Shown: positions 1 to 12,500 of the stretch, in pieces
How positions within the stretch are numbered: position 1 is the stretch's first letter
How the letters are laid out: each line of letters opens with the position of its first letter
Assembly: GCF_964355755.1 (NCBI RefSeq)
Contig: NC_092676.1
Span: 9,711,888 to 9,775,887 of the forward strand
Direction of reading: 5' to 3'
Length of the DNA stretch: 64,000 bases
From: Antedon mediterranea
Lineage: Eukaryota > Animalia > Echinodermata
The notes under the pieces: model-generated
Databases searched by the model: none
What the model was told of the DNA's origin: nothing
The model's input: the letters and a program-made list of their open reading frames with translations, nothing else
Program-made: the position numbers and the translations under genes

Positions 1-571
1 TTGCAGTCATGTTCCAAAATGTATATTAAATACATGTATGTATATTAAATACAATATATGTAATACAGTACAATCTACATTATAACACACATTAGATTCT
101 TGTCATTTGATGGGAAGATTGTTGGTCACAAGATAATCATTATCACTATTGAACTCTTAATTACATCCTCGAGAGTGAAATGTCATTATATGTACCACAA
201 ATTTACTTTGAGCATTTATTTTTGTAACATAGTGAGCAACCATTGCACGACACAAGGCTATTGACTGATCATCTTCGATCAACCTGTAGTGTGCGCCATC
301 TATAATTGTTCTACTCTACGTTCAAAATTGGAGGGCTCCTTTCGAATCGTTCATCCTTGCCCTTGGCCTAGCCTCTAGTTAAAATTATGTATTATAAAAC
401 AAATAATGCATGTTTTATATTCATGCAATGGAACAAATAATTTCATTTGATGAATTTGTACAACGATCATCCTAGCAAACCGTAAATGGTATACTTGGAT
501 TTGAAAGGAATGAGCATAGTAGTGGGGCGTGGCTGAGAAGTGGGTGAGGCTATGAACATAAAGAATCTTAC

Positions 572-3500
572 CTCCTGTGGTATTGGTTCTAACTCATCGT
601 TTCCTTTATTAAAGCGCCCTCCATCTCCTCTTACTCTATTCATTGCATGACGATGACGCGACTCGTGTAAATATTTCTGTGTGCAAAAACAAAAGGTTTG
701 ATTGAACGCATCAACTGTATTAAATGGCTAGGAACAAAAAAAGCTTTAAATTGACTTTTTGGACGTAATAAATATTACACCATCAGGATTGGGAAGAAAA
801 GGCGAAGTCTTCTTTATGCATTACTAGCAAGTATACCTTCCACAGGTTTCAAATGTAGTTTAAAATATTCCCAGTACAATTCTGATCATTTTGATACTCA
901 TTATCCACAGACGCCAGTATCTCCCTAATGCGCACCCACAATGTGCATGCATGCAGTAGGAAAAATGTATAACAAACAATGTACAAACTCTCTCTAATAA
1001 TATAGTTTAAAAAAAACATTATACCCCTCGTAACATAAGTACTTGACCTGACCTGTCAACACAAATTGAAAGCTTACTAATAAGCAATTTGACTACATAC
1101 AGTATAGTATAAAAAGGCAATAATAGGATTTAGGGGAGAATTCATCAATTTATTTGCAGGGGATAAAAAATAATGAATATTGAAATAGCATACCCTGCGT
1201 TCTTTAGGTATTTTACCCTCAGCTTCCAGCTTGGCTCTAGCTTGCCTTCTCTTTAAGATACGATGGTATTGCTTAGCATTCACATACAATGGTTCTTCCT
1301 CTAACAATTCTGCCCCTGGTAGTGGTATTCTCTGCATTGTGGCTGCAGCACCACTTGCGCCTGGCACCATCTGAAGTTAATTAGCAAAGCTTGTCATTAA
1401 TCTAATGGTGCTGGTACATCACAAATGGTGTTGGCTGGTATGAAACCGAATGTTGGTTACCATGTTGCTGCTGGTATCAGAAATATTGGTACCAGTGAAG
1501 ATGTTGGTACCATTGAAGCTGTTAGTACCAGTGATTGTGTTGATACCAGTTATGATTTGATGCCAATTGTTTGTATCAGTGATGGTATCATCAGAGATGT
1601 TGGTAATATATTAGCACCAGTGACGGTGGAGGTATTAGTGATGGTGGTGGTATCAGTTGATCATATTGGTATCAGTGATGGTGTTGGTATCAGTGATGGT
1701 GATGTCAATGATGGTGTTGGTATCAGTGATGGTGTTGGTATCAGTGATGGTCTTAGTATCAGTGATGGTACTGGCATAAGAGATGTTGGTAACATGTTGG
1801 TATCAGTTGATCATATTGGTAATCAGTCATGATGTTGGTATCATTGATGGTGTTGGTATCAGTGATGGTGATATTAGTGATGGTGTTGTTACAGTGATAG
1901 CATTATAGTATCAGTATATGGTGCTGGCATCTGGAGATGTACTATCTAATAACATTTCTTTTTTTATGGTATTGGTTAAACTTACCATGACCACACTTCC
2001 TGTGTTAGTGCCACTGTTTGTTGGTACAGTAATGGCAGTCGGTGTTGCATTTGCTTGAGTGGAGGCAGGCTGTTGCACTTGAATTATACCTGCTAATAAC
2101 ATAATAACAAAATACTGTTGTATATTTTTATACAATACTGTGCTGTCATAAAGACAAGGACAGTGTTGTTCAGTCATGGTATTATTAAGACATTACCCAC
2201 CTTGTCATCAAGTGGCCAATGTCGCTATATGCAAGAGTACTGTAATTTTATTTTGCATGAAAATTTGTTCTGTTTTTACTAGGCTTCACCTTGTGAAAAT
2301 ATCACCTTTCATCTTTCACTTCATTATCATGACATTATTTGTAGCATTGCACCCAAACACATTCATTATTTGTATGTATAAAAGTACCTTGATTTTGTTG
2401 AAGAGCTACAGCATTATCAGAACCTGCCACTGGTTGTAACATCACTGTCTGTCCATCTGATGTAACCAGTTGCTGAATCTATCAAGATGCAGAAGAGTAA
2501 AGTTTATACGACATACAGAATCTCAATGCTACTATTATTAATAAGTGCTTTTAGTTTTTCACGTTGAATATGTCGACTGCTACCCTATGATACGCGTATG
2601 TGCTAGGCGACTGTTTGGCACATTGATTGCCAAAATTGAGCACTTGTTCAGTGGCATTTTGACATTTGATCTCTGACAGGAGTACGAGTGGACATATGAC
2701 GTCATAACACTGCAAAAGTTTACCAAAATCATGACTGAGAATAGTCGCGATGATTTTCAGAGAATGTAGTAGCAAATTTCAGTCAAATTATATTTCAAAA
2801 CCGTGAATTATTGATTTGTATTGGTTATTTTAGATAAAGCCTTTAATAATACAGGTTATGACCTGGGTCTTATCACTTGGACGCCAACCATCCAAAATTA
2901 AGGATCTAGGCTAGCCTGACATAAGCTCCGGGCTAAGCCTGTGTACTTCCACTGGAATAGCACCATCGACGAGTGCTACTAAAAAATTAGAAGGTCAGAT
3001 CCCAAGGTCATTATGTCATACGTCCAGTGGCACATCAACGTAAATGTCCACTTAGGGTATGTTCAGACTCACGCCGTTAAGGTGGTGTTATGTAAGCGGC
3101 GTACATATTTTTGTGTCTGAACCATGCTGCGGATTAGCGTTAGGGGGCTGTTACACCGCGCCAGTGGCGTTAACACCCCTAGCAGGAGAGGGTGGATTTA
3201 ATAAAGCTAATCCAGTGATGCATCAGTGATTTTAACCTTAACCAATGAAAATAAACGACCACGGTTAGCAGGCCAACAGCATAGGGCCTACCTGTACAGC
3301 GAGATAGCTAAACGTCAAACTATCAGGTTTTCAATTTTAAAGATTTTTTTTAATCAGATAATTGTCCATGTAAAAATTATGTTTGAAATTATTTGAATTA
3401 GAATGCAATTCTGCAAGTAGTAAGTAGTAACCCTCTGCTAAAAAGCCGTATACGATCCGTATACGCTGAAAACGTATACGACGTATACGGATCGTATACG

Positions 3501-6500
3501 ATTTCACTGTTTACATTATTTCCACAAGAGTTGGCGTCGTATACGTTTAGCATACGTAACGCATACGTTGTTTATTCATGATAAGTATACGAATCATATA
3601 CGAACAAACTAGGCCATTTTATAAATTATAATAGCAGTAATGAGTAGAATAGAGCTAAATAAAACATTTAAATTGTCATTACAACAAATACGTACGTAGG
3701 CTCTGGTCTAGGCCTAGCTAGCACCAGCCATTAGATATGCCTAGTCTAGTAGTATTATTAGTAAGTAGTAGGAGCTAGTACATAAGATCATATTTATTTC
3801 CATATTTATTAGATAGCCTAGGCTACCGATACAATTCAAACAACGTTTTTCGCAAGTAAATAAAGTACGCTAAACAGGTATACTACTAGGTAGGCCTAGA
3901 AAAAACAAGGGGCCATTTTCACAAATCGACGATGTTGTTTGCAGTTTTCCTTTATAAAATATGACAGAGATCAGTAAGTGCAGCCGCCGACAACGACCGA
4001 GCGTCGCTCGGTTGCCTACAGTTCCAACTCGTGGTCGACTCGGCTCCCTGGGGGCCAATCATGCATATCATCGGGTGAATCATTGGGTTCGTCGTTCTCA
4101 ATTCGTCACGCCACGTGCGAGCTTTGGGTGGTCAAATTACATTGTTATGTTAAGCGATATTATTCCGCGACGTGTTGTAGCAATGGAGATGGAGTAACAA
4201 TAATTCGGCAAATAATGCCGAAGAGGAAAACCATGACCCAAAACAGAAGTGGGGTCATTGTATAATAATAATAATTATTATTTAACGATGAATACATTCG
4301 GATTTTGAATATGAAGTCGATCACTTCCGCCGAGGAAAAAAAAAACACAATTAGTGGTGATTAGTAAATACAATTATATCGAATCTCAATTTATTCCCGG
4401 TAGCGAACAGATTGAATTGCTTTCATTTATCTCAGCGGTATTTCTGCTTGGTGATTAAGAAATCATAAAACATATCTTTCTTTATTTTCATGGTATTCCA
4501 ATATGTTAAAAAATAACTACCCTCAACTTTAAATAACAAATTAAATAAGTCTACTAAACATTGTTGAAATCCCATGGACCCAACAATACCCCAACTATTT
4601 CATTAATAATTGTTTATTTGTAACAGTTTATTTGAAATCCTTGTCCTTTGTTAATTCAATTGTGTGACAATTAAATTAGATTGTACATGCTTATGCTGTA
4701 TATTATGTAAAAAGATGATTCATGGTAATATCAGATTCTTCGTACTACATTCATTAAAATGATAAACAAATAGCCGGCAGGCGTGTGTACAGAGGGGGCA
4801 CAAAAAAACTATTACCTACTAATATTGTACACAGTTTTATTACATCCTTTTTTAAAGTAACACTAACAGTGCATATTCAATTTTATAGTAAAACGTAAAT
4901 ACGTGGTTACGAGGCGGTATCAACTAGGCTCATAGTTGTTTACCACGCCAATGATATGAATAAAGCCTATCTTATTAAATAGTATCGCGCCCGCGCATAT
5001 ACAAAAAAAAAGTTACAAAGGTTCACATATTTATATTAACAATTTTTAAAAAAAATTTACGAATTAAATAAAAATAATTAAATACCGCTCGGCTTATCAA
5101 TGATGGAGGCATAAAAATGGGGGCGTAGGGTACCATTTTACCAGGGAGATGTAAATTAATTTTTTAACAAACATTTAAACTGGTTGGTTTTACTGCGTTC
5201 GCGTACAATTTATCATTTGGATTTTTAAAGTTATATGTATGTTATGTTAAATTGTATTTATCAGTGACAACTCTAGGAAATTTACAGCAATTAGTTCTGT
5301 ATGCCTAAAATAGTAAAATGCTCTAAATAAAAACGTCGGAGCTTCTTTTTTGTATTTCTGGCTGTTGAATGTTTTGTTGGCACCCCCTAACTCTACAACT
5401 ATGATATCCATAATGCATCTTATTTCCATTTCACCGTTGTTGATATACTACTAGCTAGAGTAGGTTATTAAAATAATACAATATAACCAAATCTAATATA
5501 TGGGGGAAAGCTAGCTAGCTTATTTTCACAATGAGTGTACTCTTTTGCTTGGTGTATTTTCCCCAGGCCTAGTTACTCTTAGTTTACTAGAGCTGCTGCA
5601 GTAGCTATATACTGCATATTCGATATATACAATTACAATATGCCTATAGCCTAGCTAGCTAGAAGTTATCGAATTTACTATCTACTTGGGCCTACTGTAA
5701 CTAGGCCTACATCCCATTTTTTAAATTTTTTTTATGGTGAGTAAGTTAAAACCCGTAGCCAAAAAATCAACAATGATGATTGAAAATGAATGAAATCTGA
5801 TCCATCCATGTGATGCATGCATGCAGCGCACATAACACAGGCACGTTTTGGGCGAATTTATTTGAATCATTCCATATACTGCAACAAAAAATGTGACATG
5901 ACAACAAAAAATTAGAATTGTTCGTAATTCAATAAAGTTAATCTTATTTTGAATTTACATATCCCAACAAACATAATACAAAACATAAAGATAGTCAAGT
6001 ATCAACTTCCCGGGAAAATTGAGATCACAAGGAACTATGTTGGATGTATTATGTTCGTAACATGGTGTCATTTAGAAAACTGCCTCTCCAAGGTGAGTAC
6101 TTTTTTTTTCTTTATTTGATATCTGAATGATACTTATACTTAATAGAAAGACAAAAACAGTATCTACAGTAGGTCGAAATTTAAAGCATTTAACATGCTA
6201 ACGGTGGGCAGTGTGATCTCTGATATGTTGAGGTTAATATCGGAGATCACACTGCCCACCGTTAGCATGTTAAATGCTTTAAATTTCGACCTAAATGTAC
6301 AAGATATTTCGTTCACAATTATGGGTGCGTCTTATACACAGGTGTGACTTATACACAGCAATATACGGTCTTATAATTTCATCAAACTATTTGAAATTGA
6401 TTTTCTTGAACAACATTTCGATTTGTTTAAGCTCATCAAGAGAAAACTGGAATTGCTCTCTGGCATTCACCAGCACTGGAGCGGATACAGAGCAGATAAT

Positions 6501-9500
6501 GTTCCCTCTTGGTTGGGTTGAATAATCCTCATCTGATGGCCAAGTGTACAAATTATTCCCCTGTTTTTTCATGTATTTGACAGTAATGAGACCACTTTCA
6601 TTTGCGATGTGAACCACCTCTGCCATGTACACAGATGTAGTGTTGTTCTTTTTACCAACAGAATGCAATTGTACGGCTGCAAAGTTTCCAACTTGAAGAT
6701 CCCTGCAAAATAATAATTCGAAATCAAGTCAAATATTAAATAAAAGCGTGCAAGAGTGTGTAAAGAGCCATTATCGCAAAAATTTTACAACACAAATATT
6801 TCCACTTTTACAGTAATAAACAAATTATATGTACAGGTACAGTACCTCTTTGATTGATTATCTTGATGATGTAATGGCTGGACTGGCAATAGTGGTACAT
6901 CAGACTCATCATCTAATGTAGTATGGGCAGATTTGCTGAAATAAAAACCAACCAAATAGTATATGTTGTGTTTTCAGAGCTGCTCATTTGTATTTTATTA
7001 AGTGTTAACACAAAAGTACAATGCTTACATCTTTTTTCACTATTCATATAAGTTTGTGCGGACTGGTCAGAATCTGTGGAGATTGGCAAGACAGGCACTG
7101 TAGTCTCATTGATTGACTGCTGTGTGGGTTCACTGCTATGCTTAAGTGATGTTCTGAAAAATATAACAATTATTGAATATTATATAGTACTACTGTGTTT
7201 TTCTTTTTCTTCTCAGTTCTCAGACAATTGTTTCATGAATAAATAAGAGGTCCTTAACAATTATCAAACAGTATGTTTAGGGAGGGGATAACTTTGTTGA
7301 TGTTAATTCAAATGACTGTACTTTGGCACAAGTTGAAATTAGACATTTTCATGATCAATGAGTATGAACCTATGGATAAAACAAACTTTTGAATGTATCC
7401 AGTCAACCACAAAAAACAATGTTGTAAAAATGTTTATAATTGTGAAGGACCCCTACTGTTTTTATACTACAGTACATACCTTTCAATTTTCCCACTTTTA
7501 AGCGACATCAAAGAGAGTTGACCAGTGAACTTGATGTTTGGAAATGGTTGGCTCGATGTACCTCTACAAGTGTCGCAGAAACAGCTCCTTTCCTTTGTTC
7601 CGATAACATATGGTTCAATAACACTAAAGCTGTGAGAGCTGCGTGTATTTGGGATAGGACGGATGTTTGTAGTTCTTTCTCTGTCTTCTCTGTTGATTTC
7701 CCCATTTTTGACATAGAAGAAACTTCTTCTCATGTGTACATGGTCTTCCTCTTTGGGTTGCGACAAAGTTTCCTTGCAGAAGGTGAAGAGGTCATGAGCA
7801 TTAGCGATAATAAATCGTCTTGATCTTACTGCAGTGTTTGCACATTTCTTCACTACTCCAATTTCACCATCGCATGGGCCCTTCCCATGTCGGCTGCCAA
7901 AAATATGCTTCTCCACTGGTCAGCCAAAATCCTGCATACCATGGGATGCATCAGAAAAGGAACTCTTACATTTATATTGCACAGGCGACCCATCAGAAAA
8001 CTGGACTTGATTGTTAATCCTTAGCCCTTGCTGAACGAGATGTTGATTAGTAATGTTCACAAAATGCTGTACAGCATGGTAGTCATGTTTACGGTCGTCA
8101 CTTATAAAAATACATGATTCATGCATCGGTTGCCCACACTCCAGACACTTGTAATAGGCAACAATTGGGTGAATGGTGGCCTGCTCATACGACCAATGGG
8201 CGCTTTGGGCTTCATCTTGAAAATGACAATTGAAATTTTGTCCAAAATCCATGCACAGTAGAGACCAGTCATCAGGGATACTATTTTTCAATAACTCAAA
8301 TTGCCTTCCTTGCCATTTTGCATTTGCCATGTGTTTTGAAAATGGCTTCAGCTCCTCTGTCAGTTCAGAAACTAAACTGTTTACAGTTTCCACCTTCTCC
8401 TTTAGAACGAAGTGTTTAGCCTGAGTTTGAGTGCCGTTCTTATTTGTCTTTGTGTAAGCTTCGCTGACCCATACTTTCCACTTTATGGGGTCATCCCCAT
8501 GGGCTTGCATAAGAGGCTGTAGGTGCTTTGAAACAACATCAACACCACATTTGTCGCATGTGCGGTCTATACACTCATTTTTGGGGAACATTCCTGGGGC
8601 CTCGCATACTGTTATGGATGAGGCTTCGTACTTGTTTTTCAAAGCAGCATGTTTGTTAGCAATGCACTTGGCATATAAGGATTCTACCTTAAATGTTACA
8701 TTGATACAATACTCACACAGGCATTGCAAAAGTTTGGTCTTTGAAACCGGTTTATAGTTTGCTGGCTTGAGTGTGGAGAACTTGGTAAAACTAAGCGAGA
8801 CAGTTGGATATTCAGCTTTAAATTGTTTGTAGGCCGTCTTCATTGTGCATTCCATCACCTTGCCTGGTGTCTTGTCTACAGCGGAACGTGCATCTGGCAA
8901 TTCTCTTGCAATGTCCACCCGATCATAAAATGACAGAACTTTAGACACTGTGTCCTGGCTCAGAGCATCACTCCTTTGCTTTCTAAACTTCATCGAATGT
9001 GAATTGATTGGCTTGGTCAAAAAACTCCAACTCAGTCCTAAATGCTTTCGGGCAAGTGTTTTTCTTATTTTGTTTTTGACACACACGGCCATAAACAGTT
9101 GACGCCTGAGTTGTATATCAGTTTTCTTTCTGCTTTTTCGGATCTGATCCAAAATTGGCTTCACCGACGTAGAGTTGAGAAACTCCAGTCTCTTTTTTTG
9201 TATGGGAGACAAAATGCCTTTTTTCTTCAGGGCAGCTCGCTTCCTTGGTGTTGATTTTTCTACCATGCTAGAAAATATTTCAGCAAACTTATTTGGGCTC
9301 TTCGGCACCACTCTCCATGATCTTGATAAAGCCTTCCTTTTAGCTTGATTACTTGGAAAGGGGGTTGATGTTGGTGTCGACGACGATGTACAAGAGCTCT
9401 GCTTGTTTAAGGCATATGCCTCCCGTCGCTTCTCTAATATGCGCCGCTTTTTTTGGCTTGATTGATTTGCCCTCCTGCTACGTTGGTAATCCCTCCACTT

Positions 9501-12500
9501 CTGTCGTTTCTCATTGGTCTCCTTTCGGGTCTTCATTGGAGGTGTTGTATTGATACCAGCATCTTTTTTCCGCTGTCTCATCCTCTGCATCCTAATCTTT
9601 GCTTTTGCGTTGTCCCTTGCTCTTACTTCATCCCTTTGCTCTAATCTTCTTATCTTTAAGCGGGAACATTCAAATTTCCGAAATTCTGCATATTTTTTTG
9701 GATTTTCTTTTAATTTTTTAAGGTGCAACCGCTGTGCTTTAGCATTCTTCGTCTTTTTTGATTCCCAAGGGACATCATCCAGATCAATTTTATCACCTTT
9801 TTCAGTACAGCAACGAAGCTTCATTCTGAGTATTAAAAAATAATAGTTAAATAAATAAACGGTATGACATTTCCTGACATATATATATATACATTATCTT
9901 TTTAATAAATAATCTGTGACTGTGAAAGTCATCAGTACTTGCACATCAACCACAGTAATAGTACATCAACCACAGTAATAATATAGTGCAATGCTATCAA
10001 AAAATTTGAACACTAAGCTAGACCTAGGCTAGTCTATTACAAGTAGCATTTGATGGCTAATAATTATGGTGTTACATACATCTTTACTGAGATAATGAAA
10101 TAGTTAGTCCGGTCCCTAAGGGGAAATGATGTTACCATAGTGGATACAAGTGTGCCCTTTGGCATGTTGATAGAACATGATATGGAGATACCAAAACAAA
10201 GTTACTGGAAATCTGATTTGACCTCTGTGACCTCTGACCTCAATTTTTATATTTCTATCTTAAACAGCCATATCTTGGCAACGGGTTGGACAATTGAAAT
10301 GATATTGGTGTCAAATAGGTCAGAGGGTACATATTTATATTCGCTCTAATAGAACTTTTTTCAAAAACACGACCCGAAATGTAATTTCTGAATGTTTTGA
10401 CCTTTGACCTCGGCTTACTATATCTCAATAACTACTGGTCAAAATTTCTTGAAATTTGTTTCAAATTGTTAAGAGCATACATATTAATATATACTCTAAT
10501 TAAACATGTTCTTCCAAATTCACAGGAAATGCCATTTACTGACCTTTGACCTTTACTGTTTGAATATGTCTGTATCTCTGTAACCAAATGTCAAAAAAAG
10601 TTCAGTTTGGTATCAAATTGTTCAGAATGTAAACATTTATATTAACTCTAATAGAAGATGTTATCATATTTTTACTGAAAATGCCAGTTATCGCAGTTTG
10701 AGGTATGACCAGGATATACTGTTAAGTGTGCGTGTGTCATACTTATATACCCAAAATATAGATTTAATGGACCAGAACTTCATCCAATATCCTAGTTAGT
10801 TTACCTTTTACAATTTTCTTTAAACTTAAATTTTCATTTAATTTCAATATATAATTCCATCACATGGTAGGCCTACACCAAAGAGCAACACTCAATATCA
10901 ACATAAAATTAGATAAACTTAAAGTTGATTAACATTTAAAAAAAAAGAAAGAAAATCAAGAACTTAAAGAAATAAAAGAAGAATTAACCAATGCGTTTTG
11001 ATACTCATAAAACATATGACCTAATTACCAATTCATTGCTTGAAGTATGCTGAAAAAATGAAATGTTGAAAACAGTGAGGAAAAAGCGAAAAAAAAGTGA
11101 AAAATAAAAACAATGCTTAAAATATTAGAAATCTGAAAAGGATCAAAGACAAATTAATTACAAAGCTGATTTCTTTCCAAGAACATACTGTAGTGGAATA
11201 TAAAAGGAAAAGGAACCAGTGAGCATTCAAAAATATTACCATCTATTCTTGTAGAGAAAGTGAAAGAGGCTATAAGGCAAATGCAAGAAAACAAAGCTCC
11301 AACACTGATGATGAAAAATGAGGCAATGACACATCCAGCTCATAACAATTACAACAAAATCTTTGAAACCAGAATAACTGAAGAGAAGCAATGATCTACT
11401 TTAATCCACAAAATCATGACAAAACTGACATCAACCATTACCGACCAAATGAAAATTATCACATGTACACAAATAATTTACAAAAGTAATAAAAAAAAAA
11501 TCAGAGACCGACTAGAAGTAAATAAACCAAGATATAAGGCTTCATAGAGTAGGACCATCTTATAAAGTTTATCAATCAATTAAAATAAATTGAAATGAAT
11601 AGCACTAAATCTTTGATTTAGAGATTATCAGAAAGCATTTGACTCAATAAAACAGGCATTACCATATTAGAGGGAATTATTATACCTCAACAAAATAATA
11701 TTGATTACGATCGCTCAAAGAGAAATTAAGGAAGATTAGTAAGACAAGGCGACACTTAAGATCTTCACTGCATTGGAAGAGGTGTTTAATCAAAGAGCTA
11801 ATCTAAGAAATAGAGTAAATATCACTTATAAAAATTTAACCAAAACCACATTGACTTCCTGCCTATGTTTTGCTTTAAATTACATTTTTTTAGGTATGCA
11901 CTATATCATTTTTTTTTTCGATCCAATTTTTGGTGAAAGTGAATAACTATTATGTGACATTAAAATTGCATATTCAACAAAAATATTTGTAAAAATTACT
12001 TTGTCAGGGGGACAATAATTATATATATAATTAATAATATAATTAATAATTATAGCATGTGATATTATTAGCAAATATTTCAAATGTAGTTTTGAAACTT
12101 TCCCATTACAAACAATTGCCATAATTCTGATAACATTACAATACACCCATCCTCTGGGACTTATTTTTAAATGTAGCTTAAAACAGTACAATTCTGGCCA
12201 TTTTTATGTGTATAGATGCATGCAGTACAGTAGCATTGGAAAAGAAAGAGAGGGGAGGTGGTTGGGGTGGATGGAGAGACACATTTTTGTTACATGTTTG
12301 TCTACACTATCAAACTAGTTTAACAAAAAAGGTTTGATGTCCCCAAATAAGGGTAGTGATGATGTCCTCGTGTCCATATATGGGCACATCACATTTGTTT
12401 GTCACATAAAGTTTGATAGTGTAGACAGAGTTTAACATTTGTGTAACAAATATGTAAAAAAATATGCGTCTCTCCATCCACCCCAACCACCTCCCCTCTC

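Noticed and set aside
300-378. Candidate terminal NF-YA exon
   Set aside because: Two possible acceptors give different short peptides with no recognisable conservation, so it cannot be called.
1425-1832. 135-aa GISDG-repeat ORF
   Set aside because: Antisense within an NF-YA intron and produced by a minisatellite.
7920-7922. Selenocysteine codon in the transposase
   Set aside because: No recognisable SECIS downstream, and the position is not an evident redox site. Kept only as a nonsense/readthrough question.
7518-9843. Plus-strand ORFs overlapping the transposase
   Set aside because: Antisense shadows of the long minus-strand ORF.
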